A stretch of 64,000 nt of DNA from Camelus ferus (lineage: Eukaryota). The stretch is from assembly GCF_009834535.1 (NCBI RefSeq), contig NC_045697.1, positions 82,648,001 through 82,712,000 of the forward strand, read 5' to 3'. The notes under the pieces were generated by a model, which was not told the origin of the DNA, did not search any database, and saw only the letters and a list, made by a program, of their open reading frames with translations. The stretch's first letter is position 1. Each line of letters opens with the position of its first letter. Both the position numbers and the translations under genes were made by a program. Positions 37,851-51,090 of this stretch are shown piece after piece.

Positions 37851-39919
37851 AAAGTTTTGTTACCACAATGTCACTCAGTTTTTGAACTCTTCTAAGTTAT
37901 TTGCTAAAGTTGCAAAGTGATATTTCCTTAAAGATGATTCTTAACGAGCCATCAGTTGAGAATGTGATTATTTTTTATGTCAAAATATTAAATGTGTTAA
38001 ATCTCTGGTGACATTTTTTAGGTACATTGCAGATTCCAGAGGTGAAACATACATGGACCCTGCCCACAAAGGGCATACAGTTTAGTAGCAGAGACTGATG
38101 ACAAAGACTAGGAAGGATATATCCACACATGGGGAAATGACAAAGGTCTCTAGACATGTTTAGAAGTAGAGCTGTAGAATTCCTATGGTCTTCTTTCTCT
38201 CCAGGTTGTAGAAAAGAGCCTCCAAATCATATCATAGAAATATGAAAAGGAACAAGTATCTATAATATCAAAGGGAATCTTGCAAATAAAAGACAAAACG
38301 AAAGAAAAGTTAAGTGAAAATTTAAGGTATAAATAATTCGCAATTGGCAGAAGAAACTCAGATAGCTAACAAGAATAAGAAGAAATTTATGTACATACTT
38401 ATATTAGAAATACTAACTAAAACAACAGGGGGATAGTGGTATGTACTGAATAGATTGGCAAACTCTGAGAGTTGGATAAAGCCAAATGTTGGTAATGATG
38501 TGGAGAAATGGAAATATTCACATAGTCTTTATAACAAGTGATTTCGAAGAGTTAGGTTTGGGTCCAAATCATCAGGATAATTTTAAAAACTGCTAAATTC
38601 TACTCTTAGTTCCTTAATTCTCTAGTAGAATTCAGGAATCTCAAATTGTAAGTGACCCCAAATAACTTATATGTCCATGGAGGACTGGAAATCATTCATT
38701 GCCTTTAACTATATATTTTATTAACCATATATGTATGTAAATATATGTAAACTAATGTATAAATATATAACTCACAGAATTAGGCATGAAATAGATAAAA
38801 GGAGATTGGAATAATAAAATGAAATGCTGTGTGTGCATAATTTTTACAAAGTAGAAAGAAATAGGAATACAATGCAAAAGAGAGAGGAATGTCAAATAAT
38901 TTTCACCAATTTTTTATTAATCTTCTCAGTCACTCTTCTATTTTCTAATTCTGAGTTAGGTAAATCTCCTTTTTAGTCAGTGTGATATTTGTCTTTAGTC
39001 ATGTACATCTTCAAAATATTTTCATTCATTATAATTTTCAAAAAGTCTACTAATTTCATTTAAACCTGAATATTCTCATTCATAATCCTTAATATTATTT
39101 GTAACAATGTATCTGAAATCACATCATCACAACTTCTATATGTTTTATTTATTTTCTCCAAACATGGTAAATTCTTTAAGGGAATAAAAGTAATTCCTGC
39201 AGAACTGAAATAAAAAATGATGGAACTCTAGTTCTTCGGAATAGAAGTTCTTGATATCTGCTTTCTCTGACAACCCACTATCTAAATAGTGGAAGCCAAT
39301 TTCAGTTCTAGCTGATTCAAGAAATGGTTTTCTTTTTCTTTACTTACTTTTGTTGAGACTTTAGATATCAAAGACATTTATTTTCAAATTTTCACAGTTC
39401 TTTCGATCACTTCACTGAATATATACTTTTGAATTATACTTTATGTAGTAATATGTCCTTTTTCGTGTGTGTTGAAAGAAGAAATGTTAGCATTTAAAAA
39501 AATTTACTTCTGGTAAAATGTTCTGGTAACAGACATGTTTAGATATATCGTTTAACTGTATTATTGTGCCTGCAGGGAGTCCTAAAATGCTTACAGAAGA
39601 TAAAAGTCAAGGAGGACACAGAAATAGATCTTAACTAAACTGTCTTCTAGCAGCCTTGATGTTTTTTGAAATTGTTTGTAAGACTTATTTGTGCCTTAGG
39701 CATTGTGCTTTTACAGAAAATATAATCAATAAATAACTCAAAAAGTTTGCAACTCAACTGACTTTGCTTCTTGTTTTCGTGCCCTGATTTCTTCATTGAA
39801 ATCCTCGAGCATCCATATATTTTCCACCCCCTACCCACGTTCCTGATATGACCAGTTTGAGGGCTATTTTGTTGTTGTTGTTGAAGAAAAATGGTTGGGA
39901 TTGTAAAACATTAGTGGGA

Positions 39920-40050
39920 CGGTGGATGGTCTAATGGGCTTTCAGTCAGACGCAGGTTTTGACTTCCCTGTTTAATGTCAATGTGACTTTGACAAACACT
40001 ACTTTTCAGAACTTCAGTTTTCTTATCTGCAAAGATAAATAGACCCCAAA
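39920..40050 (+). mobile_element. MIR SINE fragment
   Basis: GGGCTTTCAGTCAGACG..GGTTTTGA...TGTGACTTTGACAA...CTTCAGTTTTCTTATCTGCAAA. Confidence 0.65.
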
Positions 40051-40055
40051 AAGAT

Positions 40056-40082
<27 letters not shown>
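40056..40082 (+). repeat. (TG)n microsatellite
   Basis: About 13 uninterrupted TG units. Confidence 0.95.
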
Positions 40083-40087
<5 letters not shown>

Positions 40088-40139
40088 ATTCTAAAAAAAC
40101 ATATAAACTCTGAAGTGCTATTCAAATATAAAGTATTAT

Positions 40140-40652
40140 TAAAATCACAGATTCCTAAGCCAGAAACCTAGAAGTCAGCAGCTGTGAGCCCTCATTGTCA
40201 GTCAAAACCCACTTCTTCATTCCATACCCGGCACTCTCACTCCCAAATGATCTCAAACCACAAACTCCCACCTCTCTCTGTGCACTGTCCCTCCCTTAGC
40301 CAGGACCCCATAGTTGGTACCTGGACTGTTACAACAGCCTCTGAACAGGCTTCTACTTATAATCCTAAAATAGTCTCCACACAAAAGCCAGAATGATCTT
40401 TGGAAACGTAGCTCAGGTCATTTTGTGACCTTGTTTGAAATTGTTTCCTGTCATAATAAAAGTCCTATACTTTATTTATCGTGTTCTTCATAGCCAACTG
40501 TGATCTTGCACTAGCCTAGCCTTTCAGCCTAATATCCACCCCCTTTTCCTTTCACTCACTAGATTTCAGTCACACTCTGCTTCCCAGGCAAATGGAACAC
40601 TTCCTAATAGAATATAGGCATTTAATATATGTTTTGGGGTTGAATAAATGAA
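40140..40652 (+). mobile_element. L2 LINE fragment
   Basis: AAGCCAGAAACCTAGAAGTCA...CCTGGACTGTTACAACAGCCTCTGAACAGG...TCTCCACACAAAAGCCAGAATGATCTTT...TAGGCATTTAATATATGTTTTGG..TGAATAAATGAA. Confidence 0.7.
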
Positions 40653-41539
40653 GTAGCCTCTTTTAAATTGAAAGAAAGTGAATTATGCACATGTATATGC
40701 ACATGTATATGTACAAGTTATATGGTACATAAATTTGTAGGAAGAATAGAGTAAGTAAATACTTTTATTATCCAAAGAGAGTGATGAAAACATAAACATG
40801 TAAATAAATGCATAATATATATAGAAATATATATATGTATAGTACAAATAGATATACAGATGCTAAAATCCTTGCAATACAGAGAAATACAGTATGATTA
40901 CAAGACAGAGTGCAAAATAAGTTCAACAGAAGATATAGTAGGAAAATAAACAGAAAATTCTCTGACCTTGGAAGGCATTTTGAGTTGAAACAATTTTGAG
41001 TACCTCTTCAAGGAACTGAAAGAAAAGAGGAGGTGACATCCCAAAGGAAGCACGTGTGTAAAGTTTGGTTTTGGTTTTTGAGAGCTACAGAAATATAGAG
41101 GAAAACACCAATGAGGGCATAAATATATAATAAAAAGATCTCCTTAGAGAAATATATAGCAACAGTGAGGGAATGCAAGAGTGAGAGAATGGGATTTATA
41201 CATCAAATTTGTTTTTAGGTTAAGAAAATATTAAAGAATTCAAAGGTGTTTTATTACTTTCTTTTGTTAAACCTTTTAATTTTAATAATCATAAACCAAA
41301 TACATGACATATATAATTTAAAGGTATAATTTAATTATTTATGTTAGTGCCCTAAAGCAGGAAGTTTAGAAATAAATTAAAATATTACTTTTTTAGATCA
41401 GTAAAATTTTAAATAATTCAAAACAGCATTTTGTTAAGGATCAGCAGATTATTAAAAACATCATAGAGGAACGGAATCCTAAATATGACTAATACTCAAG
41501 AGGGAAAGTAGAAGTGTTAATTATTAAAGGACTATTTTA

Positions 41540-42461
41540 AAATCTATGTAATATAATTCTAATGCTTCTGTCATCTCAGTGTGGGCGTTCATCGTGTGCC
41601 TTTTTCATTCAGCTTGAGATTTTCCTAGTTCTTAGTAGGATGAAGAATTTTTTATTAAACCCTGAACATTTTTGTTTTTAGGTTACGAGACTGTATCATA
41701 TTTAAAACTTTCGTTTTAACTGGCTTCCTCTGAAATGGGTCTAGTAGAGAAAGGCGACAGCCACCTCTCTGCTGTAAGGCGGGTTAGGAATTTGGGTCCA
41801 GGTTCCCCACTTGGCCCCTGTTAGCATCCAAAGGAAGGGCTCATCATTACTACCAGGCAGAGGCAGAGGTTCTAGCTCCCTTCTAGGCCTCTGCTGATAC
41901 CCCTGGTGCGGGGAGTAAAAGTGCCTTGTTCTTACTCCTCATATTGTCTCCCTCGACATTGTGTGTGAAGGAGGAAGGCACGTGTAACTGATGGGGATGA
42001 AAGTCTCTACTCAGCCGCTCTGAGGTCAGCCGTCTGGGAGGATTCGGATGCCTGTTTATAGCCAGGAGATTGTGGAAGTCTAGAGGAGTGGGGTCAACTT
42101 ATTTGTTGACTTACGTGTGTGTGTGTGTGGGGGGGGGTGTTTGGCTGGAGCAGAGCAGTTATTATATGAAAGTTACTTTTATCTTTCCAGAACCCCTTTC
42201 CTGGTTCTTTGGGCAGGCTTTTGTTGGGTCTTTTTTCTCTGCGTCTCTTGACATTTCTGGGTTGCTATCTTCATCTCTAAGTCTGGGATGTGTGAGACAG
42301 AGAGAAAACCCTAGGAACTCATCACTGTTCTGTTCCTTGGGTCTCAAGGCCCTTTCAGAATCTCCTTATGTGTTTACTTTTTAAATATAATATCCAGGGG
42401 TTTTAGTTTGATTTAGTGCAAAGAATAAAAAGAAGTATATTTACCCCATCTTCCTGGGAGC
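41540..42461 (-). mobile_element. Ancient L1M 5' region (L1MC-type)
   Basis: GC-richer block with GTCCAGGTTCCCCACTTGGCC, GAAAACCCTAGGAACTCA and a terminal TTTACCCCATCTTCCTGGGAG, matching recalled antisense L1MC 5' ends. Confidence 0.65.
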
Positions 42462-43046
42462 TTAAAACATCTATTCTCATTTGAAGCACAGGTCATCATG
42501 CAGCTTCCTCAGGGATATAAGAAAGCTTCCATTCTCTGGTGCAGCTGAATACCATCAATACTGGCGACCAATTATTTGATAGCAACCTCAACAATGAAGT
42601 ATAGCAGCTTGCTCCAGATAAGGGTACTCAGCAGAACCTCATTTCTCTTGTACTCCAACAGTGTGAGTTAAGATTTTGAGAGAGGGTTACTCAAGAGTTA
42701 AATCCTTAAACAACCTGAGGCTGGAAGAAAGACTACAGAACAAACAACAACCCTTTCCTTCCACCAAATTTTCCCAAAGATTATACTTCAGTGTTAGTTC
42801 TGAGATGGAGCACCTAAAAGGGGTTTTATTATTGCACATTTGCAGTAACAAAATAGAGATGGCACATTCGAAGTTGGTGAAAGACTACTTACAGAAGTGA
42901 AGCATAATGAAAACTTAGGAACTTGGAAGAGCAGGAAGTCTTGACAACTAGGCAAAGATCAAGTATTAACAGAGCCTGAAGAGAGCTAGGCGAACATAAG
43001 AGGGTCCGCACAAAAGGGACTGTAGCCACAGAAATGTGAAACGACT

Positions 43047-44572
43047 CTGGGCTTGGCATCACGTGCAGTTGCACCAAGCCTCACTCTCAGGATACTCATG
43101 CTTGATTTAAAGCTCTGCAGTGACTGCTGTGAAGTTCTTAATAATAATTTTATCTTTAAACGAGCATATTGTAAGTGAGGTTGATGGGACAAATGAGAAC
43201 ATACTGATCAGAAAAGACCCATCATGATGGCAACGCTCATTCAGACTCGGAGCCATGGACACAGTGAACTGAGGGCATCATGCACCCAACAGCTGACCTG
43301 GCCATCTGGCATGCACATCATGCCTACGGCTGTACAGGGAGACAGGCAGCCTGGGCCACAGCCAAAGCCCAGGCTGATGGAGGTGTGGAGGCAGCAGGAG
43401 CATCAGTGGTGGCACTCTCCATGGACTCCAGAGAGAAGAGGTTCTCTGTGTAGGAACAGCTCTGGCCCACAGCAGGAGGCTAGTTTGCCTGTCCTTTTCC
43501 GAAATCCATCCCTGTATCACATGCTCAAATGTTTACATTTGGGCCTGAACAACTAGCTAGGACCTGTCCACCCTGCACCAGGTAATAAGTGTTGTCAGTA
43601 AGTTATTACAAAATAAATAGTGTACAGATGAACATTGCAAAAAAAAAAAAAGCATATCAAGGGGTTATTATATTCCTTAAAGAGTTTAGAATCTCTGGTT
43701 TTGAAAACTACCAGAATATTAGAAAATAAATATTCACAAGCCTAGAAATAGAAATTTAAGATGATCATATTGACAGAAAATAACAGTCATCTCTTATGAA
43801 GCTTTGAATGAATCATTAATGATGAAAAATATGTTTTAAATATTTGTAATTGAAGATGCAGCAATAGAAAGCATAAAGAGGAATTTTAAATTAAATACTG
43901 ATTATAAAGCCACTTTTGGTTTCTTGAATGACTCCTATAAGTTACCAAAAATGTTACAGGAAATGTCAAAAGAAATGTAAAAATGCATTTAATTAATTTA
44001 TATTTAAAATTAAATTCAGACTTACACGAAACTGATTTGTATGAATTCTACCTTTATAGAAAATTGTTTCATTAGAACCATCACCTCTAGATGTACTAAA
44101 ATACATATTTAAAAAAGTCAAAATCTATATTAGTGTTGTCACAGCCTATAAAATAACAGCTCCAGTAACAGTCACTTCATGGAAATATTCTACTTAGAAT
44201 GAAAAATTTTCAAAAGATATTTGCAATCGTGCATTTGCCATGGGCAAATGGTGTCATAGTTATACAGAATGAAAATGAAATTGTTATACTAAAACTTGAC
44301 AATCTAGTAAAAATATTTGCAGAGAAGTGAGCCAACAATATCTTACGATCAATTAGTAAAATTAATAAAATATGATCAAATAATAAAAATATGTATTGTA
44401 ACATGTAAAATTATGATGCTAAAATATTTTTGTAGTTTTAAAATTTATATTGTTACTCAGGTATCACTATTAATTCTATTATATTTAATGAATTATTAAA
44501 GTATTTTTAAAGAAAATCTTTATATTTTATCTTTTTTCCTACATTTTGAACAAAGAGGCCTGTATTACCCTG
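43047..44572 (+). mobile_element. MER45-like hAT (Tip100 group) DNA transposon with transposase remnant
   Basis: 5' part CGTGCAGTTGCACC...GCTTGATTTAAAGCTCTGCAGTG...GAAGTTCTTAATAAT and 3' part TTTTGAACAAAGAGGCC...CCCTG match recalled MER45 ends. 44156-44342 translates in pieces to TAPVTVTS / RYLQSCICHGQ / ENEIV / LDNLVKIFAEK*A, like the hAT C-terminal dimerisation domain. Confidence 0.8.
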
Positions 44573-44614
44573 AGAATCAGCAATAGTCTGACTTTTCTTT
44601 CCTGACATGCTCTC

Positions 44615-44762
44615 ATATCCTGTTTCCATCTGCTATTGGCTGAACCCAAACATAGAGCAGAGACAATAGTGATTCAGTCTAGGGCTCAGTCTCCTGAGAC
44701 ACAGAATGACAGAGAAAGATGCACAATGGATCTGAAGCTACAGTAAAAGAGTAACTCACAGT
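44615..44762 (-). mobile_element. Old MLT1 (MaLR) LTR fragment
   Basis: CTATTGGCTGAACCCAAAC..AGAGCAGAG...GCTCAGTCTCCTGAGACACAGA...AATGGATCTG. Confidence 0.5.
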
Positions 44763-45119
44763 GTTGGAATAAAGTCAGGAAAAGTGTGTATTTTGTCTAC
44801 ACTCTTAGAAATTCTAATCTGATTAACATGCTAAAGACCTTAAGAAATCCTACTTGAAAGCAACACAGTTTAGTCTGAAAGCATTTTCCAAAGATAAATA
44901 CATTGATTGTACCTATTTCCAATTAATTCATAAAAAAGCAATATTTGAAAAGTAAGTAAACAACTATATCTGAGATAATTAAAATATACATGTAAATATC
45001 ATAAAGGTGAGAACAGAATGTAATTTATGTGGTAAAATGAACAAAGACATGCTATTCAGGGCTTTGATTATCAATGTTATTTTAAAGGAATATTATTTAC
45101 CTGAAATTGTACAAACTGT

Positions 45120-45667
45120 TGTGGAGAGTCTCTAAGCTGCCAGTGATGCCTGTCTCTTCTTATTCATGCTTTTGTGTGACCACCTCCCTTTGAGGAGGGA
45201 TTGAACTTAGGGACACACTTCTTACAAATGGAAAGGAACAAAGATACTTCCAAGATTAGGTTATAAATCATCTACTGCTTCTATTTTGAGCTTTCTCTCT
45301 CTGTAATCACTTGCCCTAAGGGAATCCAGCTGCTATGTGAGGACATGTGGGCAACTTTGCAGAGGAGCCCGTGGTGACAAAGAACTGAGACTTCCAGCCA
45401 ACAGCCAGCAAGGACCTGAGGACTCCAGTCAAAAACCAAGTGAGTGAGCTTGGGAGTGAATCCCCCAACCCTAGTAAAAGCTTTAGATTACATAGCTCAA
45501 AACAATAGCTTGTAACTCCAAAAGAAACCTTGAGCCAGAGCCAGAGGCATCCAAGTGTATTATTCTAGGATTCCTGATCCTCAGAAACTTTATGAGATAA
45601 TAAATGCTTACTGTGTAAGCCACTAGATTTGTGTGAGGATTTGATACAGCAGTAGATAACGTGTGCA
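45120..45667 (+). mobile_element. MLT1 (ERVL-MaLR) solo LTR, MLT1F/E-like
   Basis: TGTGG start; CAGCCAACAGCCAGCAAGGACCTGAGG; GATTCCTGATCCTCAGAAACT.TATGAGATAATAAATG..TACTGTGTAAGCCACTA...CAGCAGTAGATAAC; 5-bp flanks ACTGT/CCTGT. Confidence 0.88.
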
Positions 45668-46744
45668 CCTGTACAAAAACATCCCAAGGAGAAAGAAATT
45701 TGGGAAACAATCGATAACAAAATTTCAAATTTTTTTTTGTTTTATTCTATTGCTGTTTCCTATTGAATGATTTTCAAAGACTTAATACTTATTGTGTATT
45801 TTTACCCATTGCTCAAACCCAAAAGAAGACTTAAATTATAATCATATGTAGCTGAAATCTGTCACAGAATTTGAAGCCCTAATTTGGAGGTCAAGCTTCT
45901 CTCTTTTATCTGAAAGTCATTAACATACTTTATGTATTTTACTTTTCTCATTTATATTTATTCTGTTTGAAATAAAGCCTCTTTGACTTTATGTGTGTGT
46001 GTGTATAATATTTTTGATTTTATCTTTGTATCTTTATATATCTTTATATCTCTTAGGATTATTCTTAAAGGAATAGTATTAAAATCGAATTATAGTGGAT
46101 AAAAGAGGTGCTCAATGAATATTCTTAAGTAAACAAATATAATATTACTTGGACTTGAATGGCAAGAGATACATAGTAAAATACTAAAGAGAAACATATT
46201 AGCCCTGACTAGTCATGTCAGCCATGCAGCTCACATTAATTTTTTCATGTTGATAATCTTACTTCAAAAATAATTTTCTATGTTCTCTTTAATTTCCTAC
46301 ATTTCAGTATATGTCTTTACATATCAAATGATAATCACTGCAATAGGGAAGGCTATTAGTTTTGGTTAAAATCCTAGACGGCCAGAACTGTTTCAGAAAT
46401 TTTGCTTGAGTCAAATTTATGTAAAGCTAATATCTTGAAATTGAACTTGCTATTACTGTTTCCTTCCCATTTGAAAAAAGTGGGGTTTTTTGCTTATTAA
46501 AATATTAATTAAAAAATTTCAAGGCATATAATTACACATCCTTAAAACTTAGTAAACATTTACAAAATCCCACATACTTTTGATATTTGGGGGCAAAAAA
46601 TCTTCACTGCACTTACAAACATTGACAGAGTTGATTCTTAAGGTAAATTATTTGATTTACTCATCCAGGATATGTCGACAAAGTCAAAGGATACAAAATG
46701 AATACGTATATAGTTACTGTCAAATTTGCTTTAACACATAAATA

Positions 46745-47160
46745 GCTATATATTCATTACTTATCCATCCATCAATGCACTTTAATACTTCCCTAACGTG
46801 AGTTGCAGATATCAGCACATTTCAACACTAAACACTGCAGCAGACACATTAATGCAATTTTACTATGTGTTGATACTTGAGGTGAGGTTAAATTTATACA
46901 CAATAATATACACAAATCACTACTGTACCATTCAATGTATTTGACAAGTGCACACATGTGTAACCCAAACATCTATGAAGAGAAAGCATCACCCCAAAAA
47001 ACTCTTCAAACCTGTCAGTCAATTATGTGTCCAACCCTCAGATGCTGAAAGTCTTATTTTTTTCATCATAGGTTAATTTGGACTCTTCTAGAATTTTATG
47101 TAACTGAAACAATGTGGCATAATTTTTTTTGTATGTAATAATTTTTTTCATTCAGTATGA
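46745..47160 (-). mobile_element. Old L1M 3' end
   Basis: GAGGTTAAATTTATACACAATAA..TACACAAATC...TGTATTTGACAAGTG...CATCACCCCAAAAAA...CTTCTAGAATTTTATGTAA. Confidence 0.65.
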
Positions 47161-47596
47161 ATTTTAACTCAGTTTTTAAGAATAATCTTTGATCTAATAT
47201 TAATTTTCCTTTTTTTCTCAAATTGTATCCTGTGGAAATTACTGTATGCAAGGGTGGGTGATAAACTCAGTTTATATTTGTTTTAAAGTGTTATATTTGT
47301 ACTTATGTTGGAAATATAATTTCATTGGGTCTACTATTCTAGACTAAAAATTTATAGAGAATTTTTAACTTATAAATTGGTGTCTTTTATTATACTAGAC
47401 AATTTTAATCTTTTTCTGCTTTTGCATATTCCGTTATACTCTTCAGAATCCAGATTAAAAATGTGACAGGCTCTTTTTTCTATTCTTAATGTCTCTTGAT
47501 CTTTCATGATCTTTATTTCTTTGACTCTTTGAGAAATGTTCTAGGTAATTCACACATGTTAACTTCATTAACTTCCTCTCTATTCCAATTTCCCTT

Positions 47597-47600
<4 letters not shown>

Positions 47601-47640
<40 letters not shown>
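47601..47640 (+). repeat. (TA)20 microsatellite
   Basis: 40 bp of pure TA followed by an AT-rich low-complexity tail. Confidence 0.95.
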
Positions 47641-47642
<2 letters not shown>

Positions 47643-49399
47643 CACATATATTTATGTGTATATAAACATATATATTAATAAACACATAAATGAAAATAAT
47701 ATAACATGAATATATGAATATATAAATATGTGTGTATTTCAATAAATATAACGTCTGAGGCAATGCAAGTCAATTTTTACAAGAAAATTCAATTAGACTT
47801 AAAAAGGAATTTAATTTATATACTATAAACCATAATGGATGTCCATGCATGTATTATGTAAATTGTTCCAAATATATTGCCTTCATTAATGTGTGAAATA
47901 AACTTTACCAGTTAGCATAAACTTCTAAAAATACAACATTCCACATTAAATACCTTGTTTTTAATAGATGTTTCTCAAAATTTTAACTTTATTGCTTCTA
48001 AAAACAAACAGTCCTATATATACTTCAAATTAACTTTCTTGGTAAGAATCTTTTTTTAAACATGCTGTCACACCACAGTAGCATAAACGAGAGCAGCTTA
48101 TAGGATGGTTAACTTTAATCTTGCTCCATTTAGAAGAATTCTTTAAGAATATGATATAATATTGTCTGGTTCCATATGGTTTTTCATGAAAATGATATGC
48201 CTATAGCAAAACATGTCCCTTCCGCCTTCAGAAAGTGAGACATCAAAGGAAGACACTATTCGCATATAAATGCATTGCAACTTTCACAGATGAAAAATTT
48301 ATGAATTCAGCGAAAAGGAAAATGCTTCTTGAAAAGTGTATTCTGTAGCTGTCTCATAAAGTCAGTTTGACTTAGCTTTAGAGACTGCAGGTAGGAAAGA
48401 GTCGATAGTATTGGCATGTGCCTTCTCGTTCTCAGATCTCTATGAAATCTGCTCAGCAAACGGGAGGAGGAAGTAATTTCTGAAAATATTACATCACATT
48501 GTGCGTGTTCTATTTATCATCTAAGGCTGAACTTAATATAATTGTTAAATTGAAATAAATAAGGTAAGTGAATTTGTTAGGAAACAATCTATTTAAAGAA
48601 TTGTACTGAAAAATATTTTAGGACAAAAAGAGAGATTAAAAGATTAATGTGTGGTATCATATCATGACATGTTACCTAGTAGATGGCATAACATAACATA
48701 GTAGGTAAGACCAAATTTATTGCCTCGTAATGAAATAGATGTCCTATGTTCTCTGCTAATTTCTTCAATGAAGGAAGCAATGTTTAGTTCTACCTTAAAA
48801 TCTGAATCTATGACATCTATTAATTCAGAGATAATTATATATAATTTCTTAACAATATTAAATTTCAAATGTTTAAGTTATAAAAAGCAGGCAAAAATTC
48901 AAGGATAACAAATTCATTAAGGGGTTCAGCAAATTCATCTGAAGTGAAAGTTTAACTTTTCATAACCACACTTAGTTTGATTAAGAGGCTCATCTTGAAA
49001 CCCTTGATGCTATTAACCTGTTATCAAATTATTCATCTATTGGTAACGTTTGTCTGAATCAGTTATTCCAAAAAAGCTGCATGATGGACAGGTTTTTCTT
49101 TTTTTGTTTCTATCGTTTTTTTCTACATTTACAAATGAAAAAAATTCTATACAGAAGAACTTTTCATCATGAAAGCTGAAATGCAACTTACACAGGAAAT
49201 GTAGGATATTAAACGACATGGCCTAGTTTTTCCTCTTAACAACTACTTTTCAGAATAAAGTATTCACACTTTAGTTAAATGGCTCAGAATGGTCTACTGT
49301 TGTGGTGGTGATTTCCTCTTTTTATATATAACTATCATTATAAGCTCACTGATTTTTATATATGCAATGCATTTCCATTCATTGCATTCATGATTCTTT

Positions 49400-49700
49400 C
49401 CAATGCTTAAGTGACTTACCTTTGGCACTGGGGACTTCAGTGTAGATCTTTGCTGTCCTTGACACAAATCCATTAATACTCATTAACTTCTAATATCTTC
49501 CTTACCTTCTGGCAAAGGAGAGTCTCAGAATCTTCTTGTGTAATTTTCCTCCTCAGACCTAGAATAGAATTGAGATGCAACAATTCATGCATTAGGTGTG
49601 TCTGTTGCAACTGGATTGGAATAACATTTAGATGAATTCAGCTAACAAAGCCAAAAAATGGTATGTATTAAAAATATGCATATAATATGTATATATATGG
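49400..49700 (-). mobile_element. L1MC-type 3' fragment (highly decayed)
   Basis: CTTCTGGCAAAGGAGAGTCTCAGAATCTTCTTGTG..TTTTCCT.CTCAGACCTAGAAT...TAGGTGTGTCTGTTGCAACTGG parallels the block at ~2840-2990. Confidence 0.45.
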
Positions 49701-50869
49701 TGGCATTCCCAATTTATACTAAATACTATATAATTTTAAAATGTTTAATAATATAATTATATCAGTCTATCACAATGCACATTTTGGTTGCTAAAAAGAT
49801 TAATTAAATATTTGTATTATTCTATGAAGTATATGCAGAGTTTTACAATATCATAATTCAAAATATCTATATAACTTCACTAATTAAACCAGTGAACACA
49901 GTTTTAAGTTTTTATTGTAGACCTATTTATCCTCATACTACATTCTTCTAAAAATATACAATCAATATTCAGTGTTCAAAGTCACTTGAAATAATTATTT
50001 TTAATGTGGTTATGTTACTATTTTTTTCAATTTTTAGTAATTGTGTTTTCCTTTTTAATTTTATTTTTGTATATGTAAATCATCCATAGATTTTCTAAGC
50101 CAAAACTATAAGATATATATATATATATATAAAAGACTTTGTAAGTGATCTTTTTCATTCCTGTTTTTCTAGCTGCATAGTAGGTCATTAAGTGGCTATG
50201 CCACAGCTTCTTCAAACAGCCCTCCCTTTTCATTTTCTTCAAAGATAAAATGGGACAATAATGCTATCCACCCCACAATATTTGGGTGAGTTTCAGCGGG
50301 AAAAAATTTTAAGGGCTTTATTTATGCACAGGAATTAGGTACATTCTATACTTGTTTACTGAATAACTAAACATGGTTCCAATTAATTCCAGTCATTTTG
50401 TATACTTATATGTAAGGCATAACATTCAAAAATACAGGACAACTGTTAATAACATTGTAAGTGATTTATTTCCTAGCTGTGTTGTGTACAGGGAGGAGAT
50501 TGAAAGTGTTGATGGCAGTGAATAAACTAAATGGGCAGAAGAATAAACTAAAGGCTAACCTGTAAAAATACAAGAAGACTAGACAGTGTACTGAAATCTC
50601 TTATACTCTCCACTCTATTGAGTAAGTTTATCATAATTTTCTGAACAAGAGTTTTAATAGGTCACTGAGGCTGGGGAGTATCATTCCAGAAAATTCTTAT
50701 GAATCTTTTTGAAGTGATTTGATATTGACCTGAAGAATATCAATAAGCTTCCATCTTTTCTTCATGATTCTGTTCCATTTGTCATAATTACATGGCTCCC
50801 TAATGAGTTTCATCGTCAATGTCAGTACACAGAAAATGTCAATCATCAATTGCATTTATCTCCAGTGAC

Positions 50870-51090
50870 CTACAGGAAATGGGTATAATCTGTAACAAGA
50901 GCAATTTAGGTTTGCTATAAAGAAGTTCACAAATGCAAAAAAACAAAAACAAAAACAAAACCTTCATGAATATGTATATTACCAGATAAGACTGTAGAAT
51001 CCCCTTTCTTAAGTATTGTTAAGAATAAAAAAGTCAGCTTAGGGTAATTTGAGAGAAAATCTCAGTGATGGTTCTTTGATGCTAATTCTT
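50870..51090 (+). mobile_element. CR1/L3 LINE 3' end
   Basis: GAAATGGGTATAATCTGTAACAAGAGCAATTTAGGTTTGCTATAAAGAAG...GACTGTAGAATCCCCTTTC matches recalled CR1/L3 3' consensus. Confidence 0.55.

Noticed and set aside
41700..43560. GC-richer region as a gene promoter or CpG island
   Set aside because: Mostly explained by an L1M 5' region and the GC-rich part of the MER45-like element; CpG density is low.
48555..48570. Consensus splice donor AAG|GTAAGT (similar sites near 19913, 23354, 23404, 56372)
   Set aside because: No matching strong acceptor or coding frame found; such motifs are expected by chance in 64 kb.
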